DNA of 64,000 nt from Candidatus Gastranaerophilales bacterium (GCA_944323035.1 CALUQY010000001.1:3131-67130); one strand, 5' to 3'; positions 28,645-37,718 are shown, counted from the first letter of the stretch. Notes: generated from the letters alone by a model not told the origin. Numbers and translations: made by a program.

Positions 28645-29748
28645 ATGTCAGAACAAAATCAAATGGCAATTAGCCCGGTTACCGCAGGCTTAACAGGCGC
28701 CGCAATCGGTGGTATTGGTAACTATTTCTTAGGGGTTGGTGCTGCACCTAAAAAAGGTTACAAAGATGCAAAAGAATTGTTAACCTTAGAACCAGACAAG
28801 TTTGAAGAACTTAAAAAGAAAATTGACGCCAGCAGCAATGAGGAAGCAAAAACAGAATTTAAAAAGTTAGAAGATGGTAGAAAAATCGTTTCTTCTGCCG
28901 GCGATACTCTTGAAAAAGAACAAGCTGCAGCAAGAAAAGATATGGATGCCGCTATTGAAAAAGATTTAGAAAAAAACCTTACCGGAGATGCAAAAACTAA
29001 ATTCACTGATGCTGTTAAAACAGAAAAAGATGCTTTAACTAAAGCCCAAAATGACTATGCAACAGTAGGTCAAGAAAGAAAAAAAGCCGGCACTGAATTA
29101 GCAAAAGCAAGAGAAGATTACAAAAATAAATTAACGACTAAATATAATGCAATTGTTAATGACAAGGCAGACGGAACTTTAGGTAAACAATTAGCAGATT
29201 TAGAAGCTTCAAAAGCCGGTAAAACAGGCGATGAATTAGCAAAAATCGAAAAAGATATCAAAGCTAAAAAAGCAGAAATTCATGCAAAGGCATTAGAAGA
29301 TGCTGAGGTAAAAGCTGCCGCTGAAAAGTTAAAAACTGAACGTAAAGCAGTAACAACAGCTAATAAAGCAAAAATTGATGCTGTTCCTACAGCACAGGAA
29401 GCGTACAATAAAAAGTTAGTAGACTCAGCTGATGAAGCTCTTAAAGATGTAAAAGCTAACAAAGACGGTAATGCTTTAGAAAAATTAAAAGCCGACATTA
29501 ATAACTGGAAGACAAAATTAGCTGAAAAGGTTGACGATGTGAAAGCTAAAAATATTGAAGCACTTATGAGTGATGATGGTGTTGATGGCGTTAAATTGAA
29601 AGACCTTGATACAGGTAAATTCAAGAAATTCTTACCAAAAGCTAAAACTTGGCCGACAGTTATCGCAGCAGCAGCTTTGGGTCTTGCAGGCGTAGCTCTA
29701 GCTTATATGGTAGGCCCTAAAAACACAACTCCTGCTGATGTGGCATAG
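28645..29748 (+). CDS. K/E/A-rich coiled-coil protein with Gly-rich hydrophobic N-terminus and C-terminal transmembrane anchor (hypothetical)
   Basis: 367 aa with ~300 aa of low-complexity KEAD helix. Hydrophobic N-terminus AISPVTAGLTGAAIGGIGNYFLGVGAA and C-terminus VIAAAALGLAGVALAYMV. Codon usage looks atypical for the window (TTA/AAA/GCA bias). Confidence 0.5.
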   Translation: MSEQNQMAISPVTAGLTGAAIGGIGNYFLGVGAAPKKGYKDAKELLTLEPDKFEELKKKIDASSNEEAKTEFKKLEDGRKIVSSAGDTLEKEQAAARKDMDAAIEKDLEKNLTGDAKTKFTDAVKTEKDALTKAQNDYATVGQERKKAGTELAKAREDYKNKLTTKYNAIVNDKADGTLGKQLADLEASKAGKTGDELAKIEKDIKAKKAEIHAKALEDAEVKAAAEKLKTERKAVTTANKAKIDAVPTAQEAYNKKLVDSADEALKDVKANKDGNALEKLKADINNWKTKLAEKVDDVKAKNIEALMSDDGVDGVKLKDLDTGKFKKFLPKAKTWPTVIAAAALGLAGVALAYMVGPKNTTPADVA

Positions 29749-29749
29749 C

Positions 29750-30400
29750 CCGAGCAGAGGCAGGAGCAAGGCAAAGCCTTGCGAACAGGCGAACACGCGA
29801 CCGGCAAAACCGCGATTTTGGCGGCAAGTGTGAGCGGTGCCGTTTAACGCGAGGGCGTAAAAGCTCACAAAAAACGGGAAATCTATACAATAGACAATAA
29901 GTAATTTTCAAATAAAAAAAGCCATTCCTGACGGAATGGCTTTTTAATAAAGCAGTTCTCCGCCGCACCGCCTCGCGTCTTGCTCGACTCACGTTTAACG
30001 GCATTCAGGCAAAAACGCGGTTTTGCCTTGGAATGCCTCAGTTCGCTCGCGCTGAATGCATCAGCCGATGTTCGCAGTGTCGGCACACGGGAGTGTGACG
30101 AGCAGGCGAACATAATATCTCCGCCGTTTCTAATCTTTGATTTGACAGGCGGAAGAAACCGCGAGCCGCGCGTTTCCCTCTCGAAAAACAGTTCACTGAA
30201 TTGTTTTTCTCGGCAGAGTGCTGTCTACCTCTCGCGAAACAATTCACTGGATTGTTTCGCTCGGCAGAGTGCCACTCAAAAGACTCGGCCACTGAGTGGC
30301 TTCCACATTCAGTGTATACGCTCACTGTAACGATTGATACAAGTATGGCTCCGGCTCAGCCGGGCGCGAGTCTTTCTCGGACAATTTATTACAACATCTT
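29750..30400. repeat. Cluster of GC-rich interspersed repeat modules including a 2-copy ~45-bp tandem
   Basis: aataaagcagttctccgccgcaccgcctcgc at 29945 (also at 20665 and 27100). tcagccgatgttcgcagtgtcggcacacgggagtgtgacgagcag at 30061. Tandem aacagttcactgaattgtttttctcggcagagtgc / aacaattcactggattgtttcgctcggcagagtgc at 30185-30285. gccactcaaaagactcg at 30280; gcgagtctttctcggacaa at 30366. Confidence 0.6.
29921..29945 (+). terminator. Terminator hairpin gccattcctgacggaatggc + T-run (copy 1 of a 30-bp direct repeat)
   Basis: Exact hairpin plus flanks repeated at 31013-31037. Confidence 0.65.
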
Positions 30401-30433
30401 GACAACCACTGGTTGTCATGTTATAATAAGGAT

Positions 30434-30712
30434 ATGATTAAATCATTCAAACATAAAGGTTTGGAAGAGTTTTTTAACACCGGCTCAAAAAAAGGCATCC
30501 AAGCTATACACGCAGAAAAATTAGTATTAATTCTGGCAATCCTTGATACAATGAAAAATCTTGAACCTTTACAACCGGCAATGTTCAGACTCCACAAACT
30601 TGAAGGTAAAATGAATGATTTATGGTCAATTACAGTTCAGGCAAACTGGCGGATAACTTTTCGATTTGAAAATGAAAATGTTTATGTCGTTGATTATCTG
30701 GACTACCACTAA
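30434..30712 (+). CDS. higB: HigB-family (RelE/ParE-fold) toxin
   Basis: MIKSFKHKGLEEFF...RLHKLEG...WSITV..NWRITFRFENENVYVVDYLDYH, the classic HigB 'killer protein' pattern. SD aaggat sits 3 nt upstream of this ATG, which is preferred over the track start at 30413. Confidence 0.85.
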   Translation: MIKSFKHKGLEEFFNTGSKKGIQAIHAEKLVLILAILDTMKNLEPLQPAMFRLHKLEGKMNDLWSITVQANWRITFRFENENVYVVDYLDYH

Positions 30713-30723
30713 GGAGGTCGAAT

Positions 30724-31002
30724 ATGTTTAACCCGCCGCATCCGGGAAAAATATTAAAAGAAATCTATCTTAAAGATTATAATCTGACTGTCACTGAATT
30801 CGCACTAAAAATCGGAGTTTCCAGAAATACGGCTTCGGAACTCATAAACGGCAAAAATCGTGTGACTGCAGAAATGGCACTAAAATTGGCTAAAGCATTT
30901 AAAGTGTATCCACAATTTTGGCTGGATTTACAAGCAAAATATGACCTATGGAATGCAGAACAGTCTGTTAATCTTGATAACGTTCAGGTAATTGCAATAT
31001 AA
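30724..31002 (+). CDS. higA: HigA antitoxin (XRE-family HTH)
   Basis: HPGKILKEIYL.....TVTEFALKIGVSRNTASELINGKNRVTAEMALKLAKAF....FWLDLQAKYDL. Confidence 0.85.
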   Translation: MFNPPHPGKILKEIYLKDYNLTVTEFALKIGVSRNTASELINGKNRVTAEMALKLAKAFKVYPQFWLDLQAKYDLWNAEQSVNLDNVQVIAI

Positions 31003-31012
31003 AAAAAGAAAA

Positions 31013-31037
31013 GCCATTCCTGACGGAATGGCTTTTT
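31013..31037 (+). terminator. Terminator hairpin gccattcctgacggaatggc + T-run (copy 2)
   Basis: Identical to 29921-29945; sits 3' of higA. Confidence 0.65.
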
Positions 31038-31045
31038 ATTAACAC

Positions 31046-31186
31046 TTGAAAAAATTTTCAAAACTGGTATAATAATAAAAAAGGGAGCCGGCTAAGCTCT
31101 TCCCAGCCTAACCGGTTTGTCACCCCCTTTAAATGAACAATTGAATTAATTTAATCAAGAACTCTAGCACTCCTAGAGTTCTTTTT
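31046..31186 (+). ncRNA. Candidate small RNA 1 (~105 nt): consensus sigma70 promoter to intrinsic terminator
   Basis: -35 TTGAAA (31046-51), 16-nt spacer, -10 TATAAT (31068-73). Terminator gaactctag-cactc-ctagagttc + TTTTT at 31159-31186. No credible ORF in between. Confidence 0.35.
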
Positions 31187-31284
31187 ATTAACTCTCTATT
31201 CATCGTATCAGCTCCCTTCTTCGCCTATTATCACCATAATATTTGTTGCTCGAGGGGAGTTGGCAGGGCTACCCTTTTTAATAC

Positions 31285-31417
31285 TTGAAAAATTTTCAAA
31301 AACCGGTATAATGAAAGTATAGGGAGGCGGTTGCGCCAACAACCGCCAACGCAGTCCCTATATGAATAACGAAATAATTTGTAAAACTTGTCCTAAGAAT
31401 GCCAGGGCAAGTTTTTT
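31285..31417 (+). ncRNA. Candidate small RNA 2 (~100 nt): duplicated promoter, long 5' hairpin, intrinsic terminator
   Basis: Identical TTGAAA-N16-TATAAT at 31285-31312. Hairpin tataggga-ggcggttg..caaccgcc..tccctata at 31329-31371. Terminator cttgtcc..gggcaag + T6 at 31387-31417. Confidence 0.35.
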
Positions 31418-31423
31418 AATGTT

Positions 31424-32578
31424 CTATTTCATATTAATAAACGGGATGGAATTGCCCATCATGTATTGCGGCAAAATTCCGTTCCATTTTTGTACCGCTT
31501 CATATTCAACAAGAGCTTTGTTTTGTGTCAGGGCGTTCGCTCTGATACTCATTGATTTCGCTTCTGCTTCTGCTGAAATAACCTTTTGTTTTGCTTCTTC
31601 CTGAATTTGAACGGTTTTATTTTTAGCTTTCAGAGCGTCTTGTTCTGCCGTTACTTTGCTTTCAATCGCGCGTTCAAAGACTTCGGAATATCCAATATCA
31701 ATTATTTGGAAATCTGTTACGTTAACATATCTTTCTGTAAGCTGCTCTTTTAATTTTGCGAGGATATCATTTGTTGCTTCTTCACGGTTTGCAACAAGAT
31801 CCTGCGCGTTCCATTTACCGATAACGTCTTTGATTGTACCTTCAAGAACAGGATTGATTACTTTTGATACGTAATCCATACCTACTTCCTGATACATTCT
31901 ATATGCGCTGTCCGCAACAAGATTATAGTTTACAACATAAGAAATTTTTGCCTGTTGAATATCTTTTGTGTAAACGTGGGTTTGAGTAGTGTATTTTTGG
32001 GTTTTAACATCCATTTTCGCTATTCTCTGGATGTACGGCATGATAAAGTGCATACCTTCACCAAGGCTTTCCGGCGAAACTTTTCCCAGAGTAACTTTTA
32101 CACCGCGTTGTCCTACCCCGACAACAACAATAGGATTACAAAGCAGCACTGCTATCACAAACAGTATCAAAACTGTAACCACACCTGCTACACCATTTTT
32201 GTCCATGTTTTTTACCTCTTTTCCTGTATTTGTAATATAACTTTGAAATTTATCTATAAAATCCTTGAAAGGATTTACACCTGAAACCTTTTTATCATCA
32301 ACCCAGGCTTCAACATCAATCACGTCATCTTCATCTGTTTTCTTTTTCGTTGCATGCCTGTCCGTTTTAGAAAAATTTGTTCTTCGCCGCGCATTTATTT
32401 TGGCGTTTACAATAAACGGCGGACTGAAAATCAGCACCAGAACGACAATGATAAAAATAAAATCAAACAAATTGCCCAATATTCCACTTTTAAGCGACGG
32501 TAATGTCATTGCCGCAATGACCCCTAGAATTCCAAGAATAACAAAAATTTCTGCAAGAGTATAACTTTTATATCTCAT
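31424..32578 (-). CDS. SPFH/band-7 (prohibitin/HflC-like) domain protein with N-terminal membrane region
   Basis: C-terminal two-thirds reads VVVGVGQRGVKVTLGKV...MHFIMPYIQRI.KMDVKTQ......DIQQAKISYVVNYNL then a coiled-coil, i.e. a band-7 domain. N-terminal 120 aa are membrane and charged segments. Confidence 0.6.
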   Translation of the reverse strand: MRYKSYTLAEIFVILGILGVIAAMTLPSLKSGILGNLFDFIFIIVVLVLIFSPPFIVNAKINARRRTNFSKTDRHATKKKTDEDDVIDVEAWVDDKKVSGVNPFKDFIDKFQSYITNTGKEVKNMDKNGVAGVVTVLILFVIAVLLCNPIVVVGVGQRGVKVTLGKVSPESLGEGMHFIMPYIQRIAKMDVKTQKYTTQTHVYTKDIQQAKISYVVNYNLVADSAYRMYQEVGMDYVSKVINPVLEGTIKDVIGKWNAQDLVANREEATNDILAKLKEQLTERYVNVTDFQIIDIGYSEVFERAIESKVTAEQDALKAKNKTVQIQEEAKQKVISAEAEAKSMSIRANALTQNKALVEYEAVQKWNGILPQYMMGNSIPFINMK

Positions 32579-32775
32579 TATTGCCCTCCAAGCCCGAGAA
32601 TTGACATAACAATAAACGTTATAATCACAAGTAGTGCGAAACCGGCATAACCGATTAAAATTTCTTTGCCGAACCGTCTGTACATATTAACGCCAAAAAT
32701 AAGCCCGACAAGCGATATCACAAGGTTTGTTATCACAACGAACGCCAATAAAAAAATCAAAATTCTTACAGCCAT
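32578..32775 (-). CDS. Small two-TM membrane protein (possibly NfeD-like partner of the SPFH protein)
   Basis: 65 aa, two hydrophobic helices, translationally coupled upstream of the SPFH gene. Confidence 0.3.
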   Translation of the reverse strand: MAVRILIFLLAFVVITNLVISLVGLIFGVNMYRRFGKEILIGYAGFALLVIITFIVMSILGLGGQ

Positions 32776-32836
32776 AATGCCTCTCTATCCATAACTAAAA
32801 AGCATTATAGCTTACTATAGAGTTTCTGCAATCATC

Positions 32837-34870
32837 TTAAAAGAGTACAATCTGCGGATAAACCTCATTAAGAAATCGCTGCGCATCCTCAAGCGGGAAA
32901 ATACCGACAGAAAATTCCGCGCGGTTGAAACCGGGCTGTTGTGCTTCCGGAACTTCAATAGGCGGGCCGGCAGGGGTTGTACGGCAAGGATTTGAAGGGT
33001 TAGAAATCACACCAACGCTTCTTAAAAGCGTAACTTTCAGAGAATTTTCCTCAACCTCGTATTCGGTCAAACCTTTTGTAATGACACCAAGCCCCTGCGC
33101 CCAGACGAAACGCTGCATCGGCGCAAAATTTGTTTTAACTTCGTGTCCGCGCTCGTGCGGGAGGTTTTCGCGAACTTTCCAGTCAGGGTCAAACCCGCGG
33201 CGGATAATCTCATTCATATCTTCGGAAAAAGTTTCCACAACAGGAGAAGGAAGATTAAATTTCGCCTGCCAGAGCGTATTTTTGAATTTATTATCCCAAT
33301 CAATTTTAAAATTCAAGAGGGAGGAATTTTTATTCAACGTAATAACAACGTCAAAGAAAGTCGTTTTGACCTTCAACCCGACCCGCAAATCGCCCTCAAA
33401 AAGAATATCGTAAGAAATTATAAACGCCCTCTCCGGCACAACACCCGCGACAAGCCCGTGATTATAGGTATCTCCGATATCGCGAACCCGCGTAAATTCA
33501 ATGAAATTCTCCCATTTTTGCCCGCCTGCATAAAGGTTAAATTCCCCCTGCTCAATTTTCATAGTGAGATGAGAATTACCGATTTCCGTATCAAGAATAT
33601 GCAAAACATCACTTGACGGCTCGATTTCACGCAGGTTGGTATAAATCGTTGTGTAATCCTCTGTAACAGGAATCCGCTGCGTATCATGAAGGAGCTTTGT
33701 TTCAAAGCCTTTACGCTCTGCAACAACCTGACTTTCAATCTGCGTGCTCTCATATTCAATTACGCCTTTAAAATCAGAAAAATTAATCAATCCGGAGTGG
33801 GTTAAACGCAATTCTTCAATAACCGTATTCGCAATTTGAAGCACTTTTTTATACCTTATAACGTTTTCTTCGTGTGTTTCATCGGTAGAACAGCCGCAAA
33901 TTCCGTCGTGTGCCAGATTTTGCAAAAGCAATTTATAAGCATATTCAATTTGCGAATCATACCCACCGCCAAAATACTTTTGAAGTTTATCTGCGAAATG
34001 AAGCTTATTTGAAGCCTCGACATTTAACTGTTTTATCTTAGTGCGCGCAGAATAGCTTCCGGGAAGAATAAAAGTTGCGGAGTTATCGCGGAGTTCGTCA
34101 TTCCACTCAAACCCTGAAAACCGTTCTTTAACCGCAGCGAAATAATCAAAAGGCGTTCCAAGCTGAATTTCATAATCTTCCAACAGCAGATTTACACTTT
34201 CAATTTGCTCTGCAATATTCTCTTCTACCCCAAGGTGATCTGCACCGATAGGCAAAAGAAGAACATCCCCTGATTTTTGCGCAATCAAGTCCAAATTTTT
34301 CTTTAAAAACTGAGCCTTTTCTTCCACCGTCACCGATGATGAAAACATATCCATAAAATATCCGCGAACCAAATTCACCGTATCAACCCCGTTGAATTTG
34401 AATTCTGCCGGAACCGACTCCGGACACCCACGCCAGACCATACATTTATCAATACCAAATTGCGCCAGAATTTTCGGAACATTTTGACTGTGTCCGAAGG
34501 TATCTGCAAGATAGCCTATAAAATCTTCACACCCGAACCCGCGTGCGATTTTCAGCCCTATTTCAAGATTTTTCTCAAAACAAATACGGTCAGTTAAAAA
34601 TTCATCAACGAGGCAGTAAAAAGGCCCTATAAAAAGTTTTTTCTCCGCGATAAATCTGCGGATAAGCGGTTCTTTTTCAGGTCTGATTTCAAGGTAATCA
34701 AGGAGCGCAGCGACCTGCCCGTCAAAATAGAATGAAGGAATTGCTCCGGACTCAAGCATAGTCAAAACCCGGTCAAACACGCGCACAAGCCTCATCCTAA
34801 AGACTTCAAACTCTCTATACCACTCCCTATCCCAGTGAGTGTGCAAATACGCAATAACTGTTTTTGTCAT
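32837..34870 (-). CDS. Glycoside hydrolase family 38-like (alpha-mannosidase-type) protein
   Basis: N-terminus VIAYLHTHWDREWY resembles the GH38 H-x-H-x-D-x-x-W metal-binding motif. Size is compatible with bacterial GH38 enzymes. Confidence 0.45.
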   Translation of the reverse strand: MTKTVIAYLHTHWDREWYREFEVFRMRLVRVFDRVLTMLESGAIPSFYFDGQVAALLDYLEIRPEKEPLIRRFIAEKKLFIGPFYCLVDEFLTDRICFEKNLEIGLKIARGFGCEDFIGYLADTFGHSQNVPKILAQFGIDKCMVWRGCPESVPAEFKFNGVDTVNLVRGYFMDMFSSSVTVEEKAQFLKKNLDLIAQKSGDVLLLPIGADHLGVEENIAEQIESVNLLLEDYEIQLGTPFDYFAAVKERFSGFEWNDELRDNSATFILPGSYSARTKIKQLNVEASNKLHFADKLQKYFGGGYDSQIEYAYKLLLQNLAHDGICGCSTDETHEENVIRYKKVLQIANTVIEELRLTHSGLINFSDFKGVIEYESTQIESQVVAERKGFETKLLHDTQRIPVTEDYTTIYTNLREIEPSSDVLHILDTEIGNSHLTMKIEQGEFNLYAGGQKWENFIEFTRVRDIGDTYNHGLVAGVVPERAFIISYDILFEGDLRVGLKVKTTFFDVVITLNKNSSLLNFKIDWDNKFKNTLWQAKFNLPSPVVETFSEDMNEIIRRGFDPDWKVRENLPHERGHEVKTNFAPMQRFVWAQGLGVITKGLTEYEVEENSLKVTLLRSVGVISNPSNPCRTTPAGPPIEVPEAQQPGFNRAEFSVGIFPLEDAQRFLNEVYPQIVLF

Positions 34871-34929
34871 ACATTTTATCTTAACATAAAATGGCAAAAA
34901 TTAACATTTTTGATGAAAACCGCTTTCTA

Positions 34930-36309
34930 TTACAGAAACTTCCTTTTTACAAAACAGAATAGAAACCGCTCAACCGTTTGAAGTATTACAACATCGGCAT
35001 CCCCTATATTACTTTTCTTGACGTCATAAGTCCAATAGTAAGATACATCACGGAAAGTATTAGAAATAAACGGTAACATCGCACGGGAAAATGAATCCCG
35101 AAACATAACAAGTTTTGGTGCATCAATGTCCTTATGTGAAAACATATCATTATGCGACAACAAATCGCTCGGAGTGGTATCTTTTATAGAAAATTCATAG
35201 TCTTTTGTTATAAATGCATCTACATATTCGGTATTTGCAGCCGCACTCTTAGATAATCCAATCAACATATTATCTAATTCTTTAATTCCCGCCTTATATC
35301 TAACAAATTTTTCAGGTTTTACCGGCTCAATATCAACGCCATCATTAATCAATGCATCTGCCAATGCTTTATACCCGACATATCCGCCTAAAGAGTTCCA
35401 ATGCGTATCATTTTTCCAGTATAAAAGCTCGCCTTTTTCCTTAGCCTGATACAGTTCATTATATGGATAAATCACCTTAATATCCGTATGTTTATGCAAA
35501 TAATTTATCAACTGCATAACACGGCTTTTGCTATTAGGAATAGTTTGTTTTATATAATCAGGATAATACTCACCATAGATTTTATTCTTATCCGGTCCAA
35601 TAAAGAAATAAAAACGCTTATTCCTTTGTTTACAATATTCATCAACTGAAACCAGATAGTTAGCAATATATTTTAATTCATCATCGGTAAACAAATCTAA
35701 ATTCAGGAAATTACGAACACCATTCTCTCCTTTATAAAATAACCAGTCATCTTTGCCTATCACAACATCCGGCTGATTTTTATCTAAAACAAATTTTGCA
35801 TTAAACTTTAGCAGCAGATTTCTTAAGTTAAATCTGTCACTGAACCATTTGTCATAATCGCGGCCAAAATTATAGTTTATTTGTCCTTTTTTGTTGATAA
35901 ATGGCTTCCATACCGCAAGATTTCGGTTCTCTGCATCTGATTTTTTTGCATCTGAGATATGGCTCATCGGAAGAAACATTATTACTGTACATACTGCCAA
36001 AAATACTATATCTATACGGGAATACTTCTTCTCTGTCTTAAAATCCGCAAGATATGAAGTCAGTTTATACGATAGCAGATAACCTAATATCGCAATGATT
36101 ATAAACGGCAACGCGTCAAACTTTACACTCGGACGAACGGGTTTGCGAGATTGGCTGTTTATAGCGGGTAAGGCACGCCCCCCCCCCCCCCGCACTGTTT
36201 GCACGGCAACAGGTGATTTCGGTTTTATCGTAAGCCACGCATTGTGGCTCAAGCCTAATATCACGAATACAAGTAATATACTTATTATACTTCTTTTACG
36301 CATTAACAT
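34930..36309 (-). CDS. AlgJ/AlgX-like (DHHW-family) polysaccharide O-acyltransferase-associated protein, paralog A, in-frame G14 tract
   Basis: TM1, then R-GGGG-R encoded by G14, then TM2/TM3 (ALPFIIIAILGYLLSYKLTSYLADF), then a periplasmic domain NRNLAVWKPFINKKGQINYNFGRDYD...WKNDTHWNSLG (DHHW-type motif variant DTHW). Confidence 0.6.
   Translation of the reverse strand: MLMRKRSIISILLVFVILGLSHNAWLTIKPKSPVAVQTVRGGGGRALPAINSQSRKPVRPSVKFDALPFIIIAILGYLLSYKLTSYLADFKTEKKYSRIDIVFLAVCTVIMFLPMSHISDAKKSDAENRNLAVWKPFINKKGQINYNFGRDYDKWFSDRFNLRNLLLKFNAKFVLDKNQPDVVIGKDDWLFYKGENGVRNFLNLDLFTDDELKYIANYLVSVDEYCKQRNKRFYFFIGPDKNKIYGEYYPDYIKQTIPNSKSRVMQLINYLHKHTDIKVIYPYNELYQAKEKGELLYWKNDTHWNSLGGYVGYKALADALINDGVDIEPVKPEKFVRYKAGIKELDNMLIGLSKSAAANTEYVDAFITKDYEFSIKDTTPSDLLSHNDMFSHKDIDAPKLVMFRDSFSRAMLPFISNTFRDVSYYWTYDVKKSNIGDADVVILQTVERFLFCFVKRKFL
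36178..36191 (-). repeat. Homopolymeric G14 tract (C14 on +) inside coding region
   Basis: Counted: ccc + cccccccccc + c at 36178-36191; encodes RGGGGR in frame. Confidence 0.9.
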
Positions 36310-36314
36310 TTCTC

Positions 36315-37718
36315 CTAAAATCTAAAATAAATAAACGGATTATACGTTGAAGCCGCTATGGTCGCAGTTGAGAAAATCAACAGCACAATAAGCCAAACAT
36401 TCACAAAGGCTTTTACAATTTTGTTTTCCTGTTGCAGCATCTTCCCGCACAACGGCGTACAGCAAATAAATGCAGCTGCAAAAATTATAAATTCAAAATT
36501 ATCAACATAATACGGCAATGCATAAATTACATCATGAACTTTAACCAGCCCGAACATATTTTTAATATATGTCCACGCATACGCCATATCTTCAGCCCTG
36601 AACATTACCCAGCCGATTACAAATACAAGAATTGTATAAATATGTTGAAGGACTTTCTGCCAGATATATTGTTTTTCTTCATGCCAGCCGGTTAATTTTT
36701 CCAGAATAATAAAGAACCCGTTCCACGCGCCCCATACAACAAAATTCCACGCAGCACCATGCCAGATACCAGTCAGGAGAAAAACTATACCCAAATTCCG
36801 GATAGTTTTCCATTTTCCGGCTCTGTTTCCGCCAAGCGAAATATACACATACTGTTTGAACCATGTCGAAAGTGATATATGCCACCTGCGCCAAAATTCC
36901 GTAATAGATTTTGAAATATAAGGATAATTAAAGTTTTCAAGGAAATGAAACCCGAAAATAAGCCCAAGACCTATTGCCATATCCGAATATCCCGAGAAAT
37001 CAAAGAACAACTGCAAAGAATATGCAATGCTTCCCAGCCATGCAATAAGCGGCGAAAAAGTATCCGGCGCCTGAGAAAATATTTTATCCGCAATAGCCCC
37101 CATTGTATTTGCCAGAAGCATCTTTTTAGATAAACCTACAATAAAACGCTTTGTTCCGAATACAACTTTTTCAAAGTTAACATCACGATTATCTATCTGA
37201 TCCGCGACATCATGGTATTTAACAATCGGCCCTGCTATTAACTGCGGGAACAAACATATATAAAGCGCAAGTTTATAAACATCCTGCTGTGCCTTACATT
37301 CTCCACGATACACGTCTACGACATAAGACAAAGCCTGAAAGGTATAAAAAGAAATACCAATCGGCATTACAATATGGAGTAAATCAATATGAGAATGGAA
37401 AAGTCCATTAATATTCTCAATTAAGAAGTTAAAATATTTGAAGTAAATAAGTGAGCCTAGATTGATACAAATAGTCAAAATCAAAGGAATCTTAGCATTT
37501 CTGCCGGATTCTTTAAACTTTTCAACGATTTTTGCGCCATAAAAATTAACAAGTATCGTTAAAAGCATTATAGCCAGATACTTAGGCTCACCCCATGCAT
37601 AAAATATTATGCTTGCGACAAGTAAAATCGGATTGTGAAGCTCTTTTTTGGAAATCAAATAGAGCAAGCACACAATCGGCATAAACATATACACAAACGT
37701 CATTGACGAAAATAACAC
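36315..37718 (-). CDS. MBOAT-family membrane-bound O-acyltransferase (AlgI/DltB/PatA-like)
   Basis: Multi-TM protein; MBOAT signature WRRWHISLSTWF...GIWHG with the conserved His. Confidence 0.85.
   Translation of the reverse strand: MLFSSMTFVYMFMPIVCLLYLISKKELHNPILLVASIIFYAWGEPKYLAIMLLTILVNFYGAKIVEKFKESGRNAKIPLILTICINLGSLIYFKYFNFLIENINGLFHSHIDLLHIVMPIGISFYTFQALSYVVDVYRGECKAQQDVYKLALYICLFPQLIAGPIVKYHDVADQIDNRDVNFEKVVFGTKRFIVGLSKKMLLANTMGAIADKIFSQAPDTFSPLIAWLGSIAYSLQLFFDFSGYSDMAIGLGLIFGFHFLENFNYPYISKSITEFWRRWHISLSTWFKQYVYISLGGNRAGKWKTIRNLGIVFLLTGIWHGAAWNFVVWGAWNGFFIILEKLTGWHEEKQYIWQKVLQHIYTILVFVIGWVMFRAEDMAYAWTYIKNMFGLVKVHDVIYALPYYVDNFEFIIFAAAFICCTPLCGKMLQQENKIVKAFVNVWLIVLLIFSTATIAASTYNPFIYFRF

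Noticed and set aside
30185-30285. Two-copy ~45-bp tandem repeat, considered as a CRISPR or VNTR locus
   Set aside because: Only two diverged copies, each an internal hairpin (aacaattcactggattgtt). It is part of the interspersed repeat family rather than a spacer-containing array.
31362-31604. 80-aa ORF starting inside candidate sRNA 2
   Set aside because: No Shine-Dalgarno at a proper distance. It reads straight through a strong intrinsic terminator and continues antisense to the SPFH gene. Judged non-coding.
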